DNA of 64,000 bases from Zootoca vivipara. Taxonomy: Eukaryota. Of the stretch, positions 37,606-50,184 are shown piece after piece (position 1 is the first letter of the stretch; every line of letters begins with the position of its first letter). The notes beneath the pieces are model-generated. The model was not told the origin of the DNA, made no database searches, and saw only the letters and a program-made list of their open reading frames with translations. The stretch is taken from the NCBI RefSeq assembly GCF_963506605.1, contig NC_083276.1, positions 98,766,001 through 98,830,000 on the forward strand, written 5' to 3'. The position numbers and the translations under genes are program-made.

Positions 37606-40600
37606 CAACAACAATAACTATTATTTTCATTTGATTCCAAATTCCTTTGGTTTAAACTATAAAGAATTCCACCCAGATTAAGACAAAATGGTTGTTAGAA
37701 GTTAATAGTTGCTGAAAATCATTAGCACATATCCTGTATTCTTCATAGCATCAACCAGAGAATTAGCAGATACACATGTGAACATAATGGGTTTTTATAA
37801 TGTCAAAATATGGTCATTTACAGGATGAGTGCAAAATACGCAGTTCTTTGCTAAGCTAAAAATTCCATTCACATAAGAAAGGAAGTCAATTGGAAAAGAC
37901 GATGTTCAGATGGAATAGACCAGTTAAGCCAAAAAAGATTTAAACAAAATGCCTACATTTTACTTTGCATAATTGCATGCTCAAATATTGTAAATGCCAA
38001 CGATAACTTTTAAATATGCATCCGTGAAAATAAATCTTCATACACTTTAGATAACTGTAGGAGCAGACCCATGATTCATGATGACTTTATTAAAACAACA
38101 GAAGTTGTACACTTTGGAAAGTCACATGGAATGTAATTGGTTTAACTCATTACAGATGTGCATTAGTTCTTGGACTTAGAAAGCAAAAGACCAATTAGAG
38201 CAGGGAAGAAAGCTGCTATGATTATCCTAATTAAAATTTTGTTAAGTTATTTATAGAATTACACAAGGAAATTACATTCCTTATTCCATAAGCTATGCAA
38301 CAAACCATTAAACGCAGTAATAAAATCTATCACACAAAAAGACCAATTATAGCACATTCATGTAAATCTCTTTGTGCAGTAAATCAAAAGCATCAATCAC
38401 TACTGCTTCCTCACGCAAACACAAAAGAGGCATTTCTGTATCCTTTAATCGGTCAACACACTTAGACCCCTAGAAGACTGTAGTCTGTTAGATTTGGTTC
38501 ATGATGTATTGACTAGGAAGCAAATATCACTTCTGTATCTGGCTACCATATTTTATGGTACTAAGCTTAGATTAACAAAGTCAAGAGATGCGGGGGAAAG
38601 CCAAGAACTGCTTCATTAAAAAAATACTCCAGAAAAGAATAGTAAATTGTTTCATCACCTCTTCAAAATGTGTTGATTTATTCCTAATTAAGAACTGATG
38701 AAGCAGCATTTTGAAATCTTTCTATCAACACAACACACATGATTAACTCATAAGCAATCAAGGCATTACGGAGAAAATTAGAAGTAGGATTGTCATAAAG
38801 AGCTGATGATCTACACCTGCAAGATGCATCTGGTAGGGTTTAATTTGCACTATGAAAGAGTTTGCCTGCCATTTTCCATATCTAAGATTTTAATTATGTT
38901 TTCAAATCGTATTTTAAATTGAGCCTTAAAGATGAAAAATAAAAGGTCTCCGAAAAGAACATTATTTTATTGTGATTTTTTTGCTGTCCAAATAAATGTT
39001 AAGAGCTTTTATTTTTAAGAAGAAGAAAATTAGAAACTATTCTTAGATACAAAATTTAATGACCACTGGTGTCTATTTCACTACTAAACACTTGGAAAAT
39101 GGTAGTATTATAAAATTTGCCATATATGTTGTTACACAAGTGCATTTATTCATACAGTAAGAGTCAGCAATGCTCTCAAGATTAACAAATTAATCAAAGT
39201 CAAGAAAAGTCTAAAAATGAAAAGCCCCACATTTCCAGTTCCTTCTATAGATGACCTTCCAGCTTTAGATCAAAAGATCTAACTGTGTTATATGTAAACA
39301 CTTAGGGATTTTATATATTGAGCAGTATAAAAATTAAATGAATGAATGAGGCAGTAAAAGAAAGGCTGCTGGAGAAGCGATCTCATTTTTCTGCCCCTAA
39401 ATCCCCAAATTCCATTTCTGTGCTCTGAGACCTTAGTCAATTCTGCAACCTCTTTTCTTCTTCAATGATTCCTCTCCCAAGTTCTACATAAAGGCATCCT
39501 AATTATTGTCTTTCATTTATCCTGATACTGATCAGAAAAGTTGTGGCAGTCATGCAGGTAAGAATAAGCCTTCATATATGTCACAAAATGAAGCACTTCT
39601 TGGAAATCTATACAACTTGTTGAACTACCACAGGCAATGATGTTTATAGGCTGAAGATAGCTTTTTCAAGAGAATCTTACTTAATCCACTGGGGCTTTTT
39701 CCCCAGACTGCCCTAAGGTAGCAACCAAGACTTCCTTGGTTATAGTCTTATTTTCTTCTCTTCTTGAAGTAAGGTATTATTAAGGATGCTTTAAGACAAA
39801 CCGGGTTTCTTTCCAAGTGAACTGCACTGGTTAAGCGGCTGTAAAATGTATGAATTTAATCTCTTCTGAGAACTGTGGCATGCCCAGGATTCCATTAATA
39901 TATTTCCTGAAAACTGAAGTCCTTCAAAATATATTTGATTACATCCCCTTCAATTCTAATGGGTTGAACCCACACATGCAGGCATATACAGAGTGTCTTA
40001 GCATTTTTAGAGATGTGCTAGGCTAGGCAATCTTAAATAGGTATACTCAGAAGACCCACTAAGTTCAACTGGATTTACCCCCAGGATAAGATTGCAGCCT
40101 TTTTCTTTCCTTTTTTTGCATTGGGTTTCAACAATAATTCTCCGGAATCCAAGTAGAATACATCAAATCCAAGTGAATGGAGAAAATGCCTTCCATGTTT
40201 ATTTATACCGCAATCTGTTGTACTTTATCTATGATTCTGAGATCAGTCGCCAACCATTTTATGTCTGGCAATACACAGATAATTGGTTCTTTCTCCATAT
40301 GCCACTATAGACACATGCATGTGTGTGCATGTACACCCACCCACACATGCTTTGATTAGCCTTCTTTGGCTGCAAAGCTAAATGTGCTTAAAATGGAGTA
40401 ATTCCCACTGAACAGAGGTGGGACACATTTCCATCTAAATAAATGTGTGGGATTGCATTGTTGCTTTTATTTCTGTTGCAAGGGGATGCAGAAACATCTA
40501 ATAACATACCTCCTACTTGTATCCATCTAAGATCCAGCAAAGCAACCAGTTTAAGCCATTTAGAACATGAAGGTCCCAAGAGCAAGACCTACTACTGTAT

Positions 40601-41144
40601 TCATAGGAAAACAGCTCTAATTCTATACTGTACATCCTGATGGTTTCTTTTGATGGCCAATGGTCAGGGATGATGGAATCTGTAGCATGAGGAGTGTCAT
40701 ATGTTTGCTAGCAGTGAACTTTGGGCAAGGAAAGGTAACTGGTTTCATGCAAGGACCACACTTCTTCCGGGGAGGGCTGCTGGGAACTGAATGCCATGTG
40801 TGTGCAGGCGACTGTTACCAGATACTATCTGATTAGGAATAAGAGGTTCTCCCCTCACTGCCCCCAAATCATTCTTTTTTTCTTTTCTTTTTTTCTTTTG
40901 TTTCCCTGCTTTACTCTGTCCAGGATTCCGCTCATCACAAATTCTGGTGTAGCTAGGAAATTTGCTAAAATTAATTTCTGAAATGGATAATGGGCAGCTT
41001 GTCTCAAATTACAGTTCCTACATCTCGTTTGCCTATTACTCCCTTCTGCATTGATGAATCAGTAGGGGAGGGAGTCTTGATGGGAGCTGTATATGACTGC
41101 TTCAGGATTCTTTTCCTGTTCTCTTCAGTTAGTTTTGCTGATAG

Positions 41145-41372
41145 GAACACAGGAAGCTGACATACTTAATCCATTGGTCCATCTAGCTCACTGTGTTCTA
41201 CACACAAAAAAATGCACATATTATTTATATAAATGTTCTACAATGACAGGCAGCAGCCCTTTGGGAGTTTCAGACAGGCATCTCTCCCAAACCTTCCTGG
41301 AGACACCAGGGATTGAACCTGGGGACTTTTGCATGCAAAGTGAATGCTCCACCACTGAGCTGCAGTGCCCCT
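41145..41372 (-). mobile_element. tRNA-headed SINE (Squam2-like)
   Basis: Minus-strand head gcagctcagtggtggagcattcactttgcatgcaaaagtccccaggttcaatccctgg (A and B boxes). Confidence 0.7.
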
Positions 41373-42208
41373 GCATGGTGGTAAAGCAGGTTCTCCCCTT
41401 AAAGGAGAACATGGGTTGCGGAAGGGTTAACAAGACATCCCAGGGTTGGTGGGGCGGGTCAGTTTGGATGGCCACATGTGTGATTGGTGGGTGTGCTGTT
41501 GCTGGGGAATTTAGCATGTAGCAAATGTTTGAGTGACAGCCTTAGCCCTATATATGCTTAACGTGCAGCTTAGTTTCACTTTGCTGCTTGCAACGAATCT
41601 CCCACCCGCCCTCCTCTATATTTAGGGGTTCTCTGCGCTTGACATTGCTGCGCCTGTCATGGGGCCACCTGTTTTGGATCAGGGCCTGTTAGGAATTTTG
41701 CCCACTTGGCTGATTGGCTGGTGCCAGGTGGTTTTTGCTTACCACGTTGCAATAAGTCACAACTTGTAAGGTTGCGGTTAGGCACTGGTTCAAATTGAAT
41801 GGTGGAGGGGTATGGATTTTGGTTGGGCCTGCCCCTCATGGTTGCTTCTGCCTTTAGGGGTATTCCATTAAACAAATCCTGGGGTTCCACATGTTTGTCC
41901 ATTTATCCCCGCTAGGGGCCAGGGCCGCGCATGAGCCTCGGGGAGCATTTGAGGGATGAGGTCAAGGGCTTGGGCCCCTGCCCCGACCTCTCTCAGAGGG
42001 TGCTCACCTACTGGCTCCCCTACTAGGCTAGCGGGAGTCAGATCTGTCCCAGGCGGGGGACAGATGGCTGGAACCAATGCCTAAGCAACTACTCACATCA
42101 GTTGTATATTTAAAAAGTTGTGGTCAAATTAATGCCAAAAACCTTAAACTTAAAATATTGTGTGAAGTGTGAGTTATTGGGGGGATGTCTTGGTACCTCG
42201 GCACGCAA
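41373..42208 (+). mobile_element. Non-coding DIRS/Ngaro-like terminal-repeat unit (copy B, different subfamily)
   Basis: Shares gacattgctgcg, gggcctg.taggaatttt, acttggc..attggct, gtcacaactt, ggttaggca.tgg, ggagtcagat, ccaatgcctaagc and aaagttgtgg with copy A. Boundaries are approximate. Confidence 0.55.
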
Positions 42209-43492
42209 AATGCCACACTACACAATCCTGATACATGTACAAATCAAGCTTGCTCCACTCACACCCCTGCCACTCAGTGATGTTTTATCAATTCAAATAA
42301 GTGCACATGCTCCAGAAAGTGGTAGAATCTGTTGAATTTTTAAGTCACTTCACAGGCTAGTAAGATTTTTGTTTTGCTTTTATTCGGTGCACCTTGCTGA
42401 AGCACTTGGCAAAGAACGTTGTGTTTGAATTTAATCCTATTAGACATTTAAAACTGTCAGTTCTCAAGTGAGGAGGAATGGCAGGATTGGACCCTAAAAT
42501 TACAAATTAATGCTGTCATAATATTTCCTGCAACTTATTATTTCACAACGTATTCATCTGTTTCTTATCATCCAGCCACACTGACAGAGCTATTAATCTT
42601 GGCTACAGAGAAAACAAGCCAATTAAAATATTAGCTTCTTTCTTAAGCCCTTTGGAAGTTTTGAGCTCTGTCATTTCACACAAAAAAGGAAGGCAATTTA
42701 ACCTTAGTAACTCTCACTCCCACTAGTAGTGAACAGTCTGCATTTAAATCTGCTTTGTAAATGAAGTCAATGGGTGCTCCCTCTCTTCTTGCAGAGTATT
42801 TTACATGTTCAAGCACAAACCAAACTTTACATCACTTTTTGTGCACTTTTTGTGTGTATCTGGTTTCTAGTGCTGCAACTCCAGCCCCTTGGAATGAGTT
42901 CCCAACTGTAATAAGACAACCATTTAGCATCTTGATATTTAGGCAGTTTTGAATACATTTTTGTTTAAAAGACTTTTCCTGAAGTATGATGGTCATTTTA
43001 TGGAATATTAAGGCATAAGTGTAGAAATCGGGTTTTTTGTTTTCAATTTCATTAATTTTGTAATCTTCCATCTTATTTTATCTTACTGTACACCACTTCA
43101 GTGGCTCTTAGGGCTGGATTCAACTAAGTTGTCACACTAGCAGAAGTCAGCCAAACAAGTCCCACTAGTGCAATGGGACTTTCCTCCCTCCCTCCCCAGT
43201 ACGCCTTCCCCAAATCTGTTCAGAAGGGTCATGAGAGCCCACAGAACAGTAAGGATTCAGAAGCTGTTTATAAATTAGCAAATAAAATAAAACAATTAAA
43301 TGATGGCAAAAGAAGAGTATTGAACCTTGACTGAAGTTTGCTGTTTGACATACATATGCAACCTGTCTTGAAACACCCTGCCAGTAGGTGGGAGGTGGCC
43401 ACAAATCACATCTTAGGCCACAGGAGAAAGAATGGTATCTGGACTTTAATCAATCTGACCTCCTCCATAGTAGATATGCAGACTGCCAAAGG

Positions 43493-43707
43493 TAGGGTTG
43501 CCAGACTCAAAAGAGGTCAGGACTTCTGTGCCTTTAATTGCCCAGCTCTCTTTTGAGTCTGGAAACCTTAAAGAGAAACCAGCAGACCCTTTGTTTAATT
43601 TCCAAGCAAAGGGTCTGCTGGTTTCGCTGTAAGGTTTCCAGACTCAAAGGAGAGCAGGGCAATTAAAGGCACAGAAGTCCTGTCCTCTATTGAGTCTGGC
43701 AACCCTA
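43493..43707. mobile_element. Fully palindromic hAT (Tip100-like) MITE, 215 bp
   Basis: TIR tagggttgccagactcaa. 8-bp TSD gccaaagg / ggcaaagg. Arms of about 100 bp around a 13-nt centre. Confidence 0.9.
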
Positions 43708-45059
43708 GGCAAAGGCCCAAGAGCCTTTAACTGTGATGGACCATTTGGCAAATGCGAGCCCCGGCACCTGCCTGACCATGCTATATATGCTGACACTGAG
43801 CCTGGATAGCACAAATTCAGTTAAGGTAAATATATTTCCCTGTTCTTGCAGATGTAAATGTCATCCGTTGGAGCCAAAGGTCCATTGCATAAGCATAGTG
43901 GCACTCCTTTTTGAGAAAGATGGTCCTACTCCAAAGTTCCACTGATTCCTCCTTATTTTGCTGTTTCCAGTACCCCATCTTAAGCTATTCCAAAGACCTG
44001 ATTTAAAGAGTGAGAAGGAGGGGCAGGAAACTGACTGTATGAGCAGAACACTGTTCAGATTTCTTTGGATCCAGCATTATGTCCTTAAATATTCAGTTCA
44101 ACTGCTAGTCATAACAAGACTTACGGCTGAAGAAGCCAGTTTGTATTTGCTATTTGGTGCCTACTTTCTGTTCCATCTAAAAAAAAAAAAAACATCTACG
44201 TACATTATAATTCCCCCCCCCCACAACTGCAATTTTCACTTTTATGCCCAGAATCTACCTTGTTTTCCTGTGAAATTCAAACTGTGAAGAATCTGCACAG
44301 CTCGGTGTGAAGATGTTTTCTCGGTGAATTTGTTTTAGAGACTCTTCTAAATCTCATCCGTGAAAGATGCTAAACAAAACATCAGCAGTGGTATCCTGTG
44401 CTATGATAATTACAACTTGTTTTACCCAAAATGAAAATAACTTACAGGTGGAAGTGGAGAGGGGGGTGGGGCGAGGATAGCTTCAACTGTTGGATGTGGT
44501 TGCTCAACTTTTGCATATTAGTATACTGTATTATCAGAAAATCAGAAAACGTCTTAAATAGGAGCTAATCCTCCTAAGCTATCTAGCAAACCGTATTTGC
44601 TCATTTGTGACGATTTCATGGGAGCATATTCAAGATGCTTTGATCTAAATGTGTGACAGTTTAACAATAAAGAGAGAGGTCCTCTCTGTCTCAGAGCAGC
44701 ACCCCTGACAAACAAGCTATATGGGCCAAACCACCAATAATATATTCCACCAACCACAAGCCTGTCTATGCCTTGTACTGTGTTGTGCCTTGCCTCTAAA
44801 GCAGTTGAGTTAGCTGACACCAATATGTTTGGGGTTGTTGTTTTTTGGAGGGGAGAAGGTTATATTAAAGTCCAGGGTTTTGATTTTAGGAGAAGCACTT
44901 GGATAGGCAGCTGCCTACTTTCCCTCAATATCTCTGGCCCTTGAGCAAAGCTAGCTTCCCTCTCCAATCCTGTGTTAGACATGAAGCCTAATGAAAGAAT
45001 TAAGGTTGCTGACCCCAGCCACCCTGTAAGTTACTTAAAGGCACCACCCAAATAGCACT

Positions 45060-45060
<1 letters not shown>

Positions 45061-45102
<42 letters not shown>
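45061..45102. repeat. (GT)n microsatellite
   Basis: Direct reading. Confidence 0.95.
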
Positions 45103-45103
<1 letters not shown>

Positions 45104-46558
45104 GCAGTGGTGCTCTGGAGGTTCAAGAGTTGTGCTTTTGGGCACTTGGAGGGGGAGCTGCCAGACTGGTCCTTGGAGCCACTACTAGGCCACTCTCAAA
45201 CCTGGCACCAGCCCTGAATTCCAAGGAAAGTTAGAAGAAGCAGAGAATTAAAATAAAAAGGCTTTGGGTTGCCCTTAAGAAAAGAATGATGTTCTAAAGC
45301 TAATCACACAAAGGCATAACAGATGGTTTCAGAATACACAACTACTAGTGACTCAGTGAACTGGAGACATTCTCAGAGGAGTCGGCCCATGACCTAACAC
45401 CATGTTGATCAATCTATTGGGGATGGAAATGCATACTCAAATGTCTCATGGGTTGACTCACTTAAGAGCAGAGTTGAATAGATGTTCATGCAAAGCTTCA
45501 GCTAACAGCCCCAAGTAGCAAATGAATTAATTGTGCCAACTGTCCTTGTATATCATTAACCTCCCTTACGTAATGGTTCTAAAATAGTCAAAAGGAAGAA
45601 CCAAAGCACAGAGCAGAATAATGTTTAGAGACAAGATAAATTCCTGAAGTCATGCATCACAACATCTGGGAGAGGGACCTAGACAGTGGCTATGTATGAT
45701 AAAGAGTAAGAAGCAGCTTCTCCAATGTTTTAGTGGATTATTGGTAGAAAAGCTCTCTGGTAGAAACTGGTAAATTACTTGCAATATTCTCCCCAAGAAG
45801 AGTCCAATAGATTTACAAGCATAATATTCAGACCTCTTTCATTCTATCATACTGTAATGCACATCCTTATTTTTTTTTAAAAAACAAACAAACTCGTATC
45901 ATATTCAAGAAAATGTAATCTTCATAAAACCAGCTCCACTTAACGAGTTTGATATAAATCCAAACCCGTTTTCAACTAGAGGAAACAGAATTAAGCTAGT
46001 AGAATATGGTGTGTGTGCACAGTTATGGAAACAAGTGGCTTTGTGCCAATCTGCACTTAGTATTTTGCTGTGGTGCGAGAGGGGGGTTGTTTAAGACATG
46101 ATTAAAAGTTACCCAGCTGATAGCTTGATTTTGTGCCATTTTGACTATCTTGGAAAAATTGCGTAAATTCTTGGGTTGCATCAGACCCGGTGAAGAAGAG
46201 AATCTGTTGGTGTGTCATCTGCCTCACAAAGTTTAATGAGCTATAGTCACGTACCTGGAAAATTGTGCTCGTGTTTTGTTTTTTTTAATTAGGAATTAAA
46301 TAACTTCTCTTCCCCCCTATTAATTATAGTGATGCATGAGAACAGTGTGTTTATTTGCAGATATCCTGTGAGTGGCACTGGAGGAGTCTATGACATGCAC
46401 AACACAGAAGGAAAGGACCCCAGAGATTACGATTCTATTAGTTGGTTAAATAGATGGCTGCTTTAAAAAAATATAATTATCTGAGGTGTGTGTGTGTGTG
46501 TGTGTGTCTGTCTGTCTGTCTGTCTGAGTGGGTGACATTATAAAGTGCGGAAATTCTA

Positions 46559-46818
46559 CAAGAAGAGGAGGAGGAGGAGGAGGAGGAGGAGTTTGGATTT
46601 GATACCCCGCTTTATCACTACCCCAAGGAGTCTCAAAGCGGCTAACAATCTCCTTTCCCTTCCTCCCCCACAACAAACACTCTGTGAAGTGAGTGAGGCT
46701 GAGAGACTTCAGAGAAGTGTGACTAGCCCAAGGTCACCCGCTGCAAGTGGAGGAGCGGGGAAGCGAACCTGGTTCACCAGATTACGAGTCCACTGCTCTT
46801 AACCACTACACCACACTA
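46559..46818 (-). mobile_element. Squam3-like SINE with (CCT)n/(CTT)n tail
   Basis: Paralogous to 11270-11515. Confidence 0.8.
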
Positions 46819-47061
46819 GAATATTCTACCAGTATTCTACAAGTCAGGGGTTGGGAATCTTTTACTAACCCAGGGGTGAATTTCCTCTTTGGAAACCATC
46901 CATGGTAGGTGTGAACAAAACAAAGGTGGGTGTGATATCACACACTCTTGCACACACGCACATGCACACGAGCTCACACACACTATACACAGCACACCAT
47001 TGCATTCATGCCAGTATCTTCTAGTGATTAGAGTGTTGGACTAGGACCTGGGACACCAGAG

Positions 47062-47614
47062 CGGTGGCATAGCATGTGTTGCCAGCACCCAGGGATGCAC
47101 GAAGGAGTAGGCTGGGAGGCAAGGAAATGGACTGCATGTGCATTCAACTGCCTAAGGAATCCATACCACCCACGAGGTTGCAGCCGCAGAGATAAGAAAA
47201 GAAGAGTTGCTCCATTGTCAGGAGAAGTCAGTTCCTGGTTCACATGGAAAAGCTGTTTTCAACAGAACCCAGAGATTAGGGATGCCATATGTTGAGATTT
47301 TCCCAGACATTACGGGGATTTCAAGGCGGAATTGACATCTGGGGGGTATTTCTGATAGATGATGCTTTGAAAAATCGCATTTTTTGGCATTTTTGTAAAA
47401 AGAAAAGAAAAAGTGCTCAACAATTTGGGGGCCTTCCTAGAAAAACTCAACAACTTTCAGAGTGTCCTGTTTTTTAATTTTTGAAATATGGCAACCCTAC
47501 CAGAGGTGGAAGTGCACAGCTGTATTGAGGCAGCACCGGGTGTTGAAATTTTGCGCCCCTTACAATTTTGTGCCCAGGGAAACAACCCGTGTCCCCTCCC
47601 ATGCTATACCACTT
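47062..47614. mobile_element. hAT-type non-autonomous element
   Basis: TIR ggtggcatagcatg / catgctataccac. 8-bp TSD caccagag / caccaggg. Confidence 0.75.
47277..47499. mobile_element. hAT (Tip100-like) MITE nested in the previous element
   Basis: TIR tagggatgccatat / atatggcaacccta. 8-bp TSD ccagagat / ccagaggt. Confidence 0.85.
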
Positions 47615-49791
47615 CACCAGGGTTCACACACCCACTTGGCCATGAAGCTTATTGGGTGACCTTGGTCAGTCGCTGCCTCTCAGCCGAACCTACCTCACAC
47701 TGTTGTTGTGTGGATTAAATTCAGAGGGTGAAAACTGTGTATACCACCTTGAGCTCATTGGAGGAGAAAAGGTGGGATATAAATGCATTTAATAATAAAA
47801 ATAATAATAGTCATAGATCCACACAAACACACCAATTCAACACTACACACCACTCTGTTTTCCTGTTTAGCCTCCTTCCTTTTCCCACCCCCTTCTCTTA
47901 GGTCCACTTCTTAGACGACTGCTCTGCATTAGAAATTATTGCCAGCTGCTTAATATAATAAATTGTATTGGTTTTTTTATAAAATAATAATAATAATGCA
48001 TCAGTATGTTTTTTTGTCTTTTGAGAAAAATTAAAACATAAACGTTTAACAGAATTATATATTTTTAAAAAATCAAAATATGATGTTTAATTACAAAAAA
48101 TATTTAGGAAAATGTTAATCAAACATTGTTTCCCAAGGCAAAGTAGGATAAGCAAACAAAACAAATGTGTATTGGTCCTATGAAATACGCTTTTGTTTTT
48201 CAGGCAAATCCTTTATTTGGTCTGCAAGGCAGGAGAAATATTTGCCAAGCGCATTCAAAGGCGAATAATTTACCCTTGGGAGCTAGCAATTTTGTTTGGT
48301 GAAGTGGGCCTGTCATTCAAATGCCCAATATGCTTTGACAGTAGAGTTAGTTTGAGAAAACACAGGGGTGTCTAGAATCAGATCCTCACATTTGTGCTAT
48401 CAAATATGACACCCACCAGGTACCTGGTATGAGGATGTTTTCAGAGAACAGAAAATTCTAACACACACATTATGCAATACCGACCCAGACAATAAGACCG
48501 ATTAATATCCTGAAGCCTTTTCCATGTGAAGATCACCTTCCTCAGAGTAGGGTGAAAGACTATGTTAACTACAGCATGGCATTAACAGTGCAGACTTATG
48601 TATGCTTACTCAGATGTGAGACCCATTGAACTCAGGGAAGCTTACTCCGTAGCAAGAGCAAATAGAATTGTGGTCTTAGTCGAGCAAAAGAACACATTTA
48701 CCCCCTATTTTTGAAGCAGAAAAAATGTGCAAAACACTGCTTTTGAGAATGATCACGACTGCAACTAATCAAGATTTTCTTTTTGATGACTGTTAACACC
48801 TGCAAACCCAGGTAATTTCCCTTTCTGCTCATTTTTCAGTTCTTTTAAAAAATCCCCTCTTGCCGCTTGATTAGTGTTTAGATAGGTTTGATCTCCTGAT
48901 GCAATAAGACTGCATTTGAAGCTTAAGACAGTTATAGTAATACATATATTCAGGGGAAAATCATGTTCAGGGGGAAAAGGAAAATAAAGCACCACCCATC
49001 CTTTAATGTTTTAGTGCTTATGCACACAGAATCACTCTCACCTGAAGAAACTCAGAGAGGGAAATGATGTGTATGTCTAAAAGTTTCCTTACTGAGGCAG
49101 AACTTTTTACTTAATTGGCTGTGGATTGGCATTCAACATGTGTCTGGGGTAGAAATGACCTCCTCCTTTCCCACTATTTACCTACTAAAGAGCACAGTTG
49201 CCAAAATAATAAGAAAAATGAAACGGCAGAAACATGATATACTTTTCAAAGTAAAAAAGTCTCTTTGAAGTTCAGATAATTTACTTTGTGGTGTTGCTGA
49301 GCATACAGTTTTTTTAAAATTCATAGAAGTATGGGGGTGGCATTTGAACACCGTAGTTACACAACAGCAGGATGGCAAATTTAGCTTAGGAAAAATATTA
49401 AAAGCAGCAGTTTGCTTGAAAGCTGTGATTGAGCAACTGCTTTCCTACATGCGCTGAAAAAATATATATGTGTGTTTTTCTTGCTGCCAACTGCATATTC
49501 TACAGGAAGCAAACGGTTTTTACACCAAGACCTAAAGCAAGAGGCAAAATGCCTTTGAATTAACAGTTGGGGATATTGGATTATATATATGAATTTCTGC
49601 ACATGTTTAGGAGGTAAGTCCACAAAGCTGCTTATGAGTCTAAGCCAAGGCACATGAGGTTACCAGCTTGCTAAAATTCAGCAGTGCTGGATCTGACCAG
49701 TGCCTTGATGGGTCTCTGCCTGGGAACTGCATGTACTGTGCCCAAGGTTCCACAATGGAGGAAAAGCAGGGTGTAGATATAATATACTGTA

Positions 49792-49792
<1 letters not shown>

Positions 49793-49826
<34 letters not shown>
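49793..49826. repeat. (TG)n microsatellite
   Basis: Direct reading. Confidence 0.95.
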
Positions 49827-49830
<4 letters not shown>

Positions 49831-50184
49831 GTAAAGGGCCCCTGGACAGTTAAGTCCAGTCAAAGGTGACTATGGGGTTGCAGTGCTCATCTCACTTTCA
49901 GGCCAAGGGAGCTGGCGTTTGTCCACACACAGCTTTACGGGTCATGTGGCCAGCATGACTGAACTGCTTGTGGGTGCAACGGAACACTGTCACGGAAACG
50001 CCATTTACCTTCCCACCACAGCGATACCTATTTATCTACTTGCACTGGTATGCTTTTGGACTGTTAGGTAGGCAGGAGCTGGGACCGAGCAATGGGAGCT
50101 CACCCCATTACAGGGATTCAAACCACCAAGCTTCTGATCAGCAAGCCCAAGAGGCTCAGTGGTGTAGACCACAGCACCGCCCAC
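49826..50184 (-). mobile_element. Sauria SINE (Squam1), older copy
   Basis: Aligns with 23413-23767 (ggtcatgtggccagcatgact, tacctatttatctacttgcact, gggagctcacccc). Confidence 0.85.

Larger units (their letters stand above)
47021..47810 (+). mobile_element. Old CORE-type SINE interrupted by nested hAT MITEs
   Basis: Head tagtgattagagtgttggactaggacctggga; the body resumes at 47623 (ttcacacacccacttggccatgaagcttattgggtgaccttgg). Confidence 0.75.
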
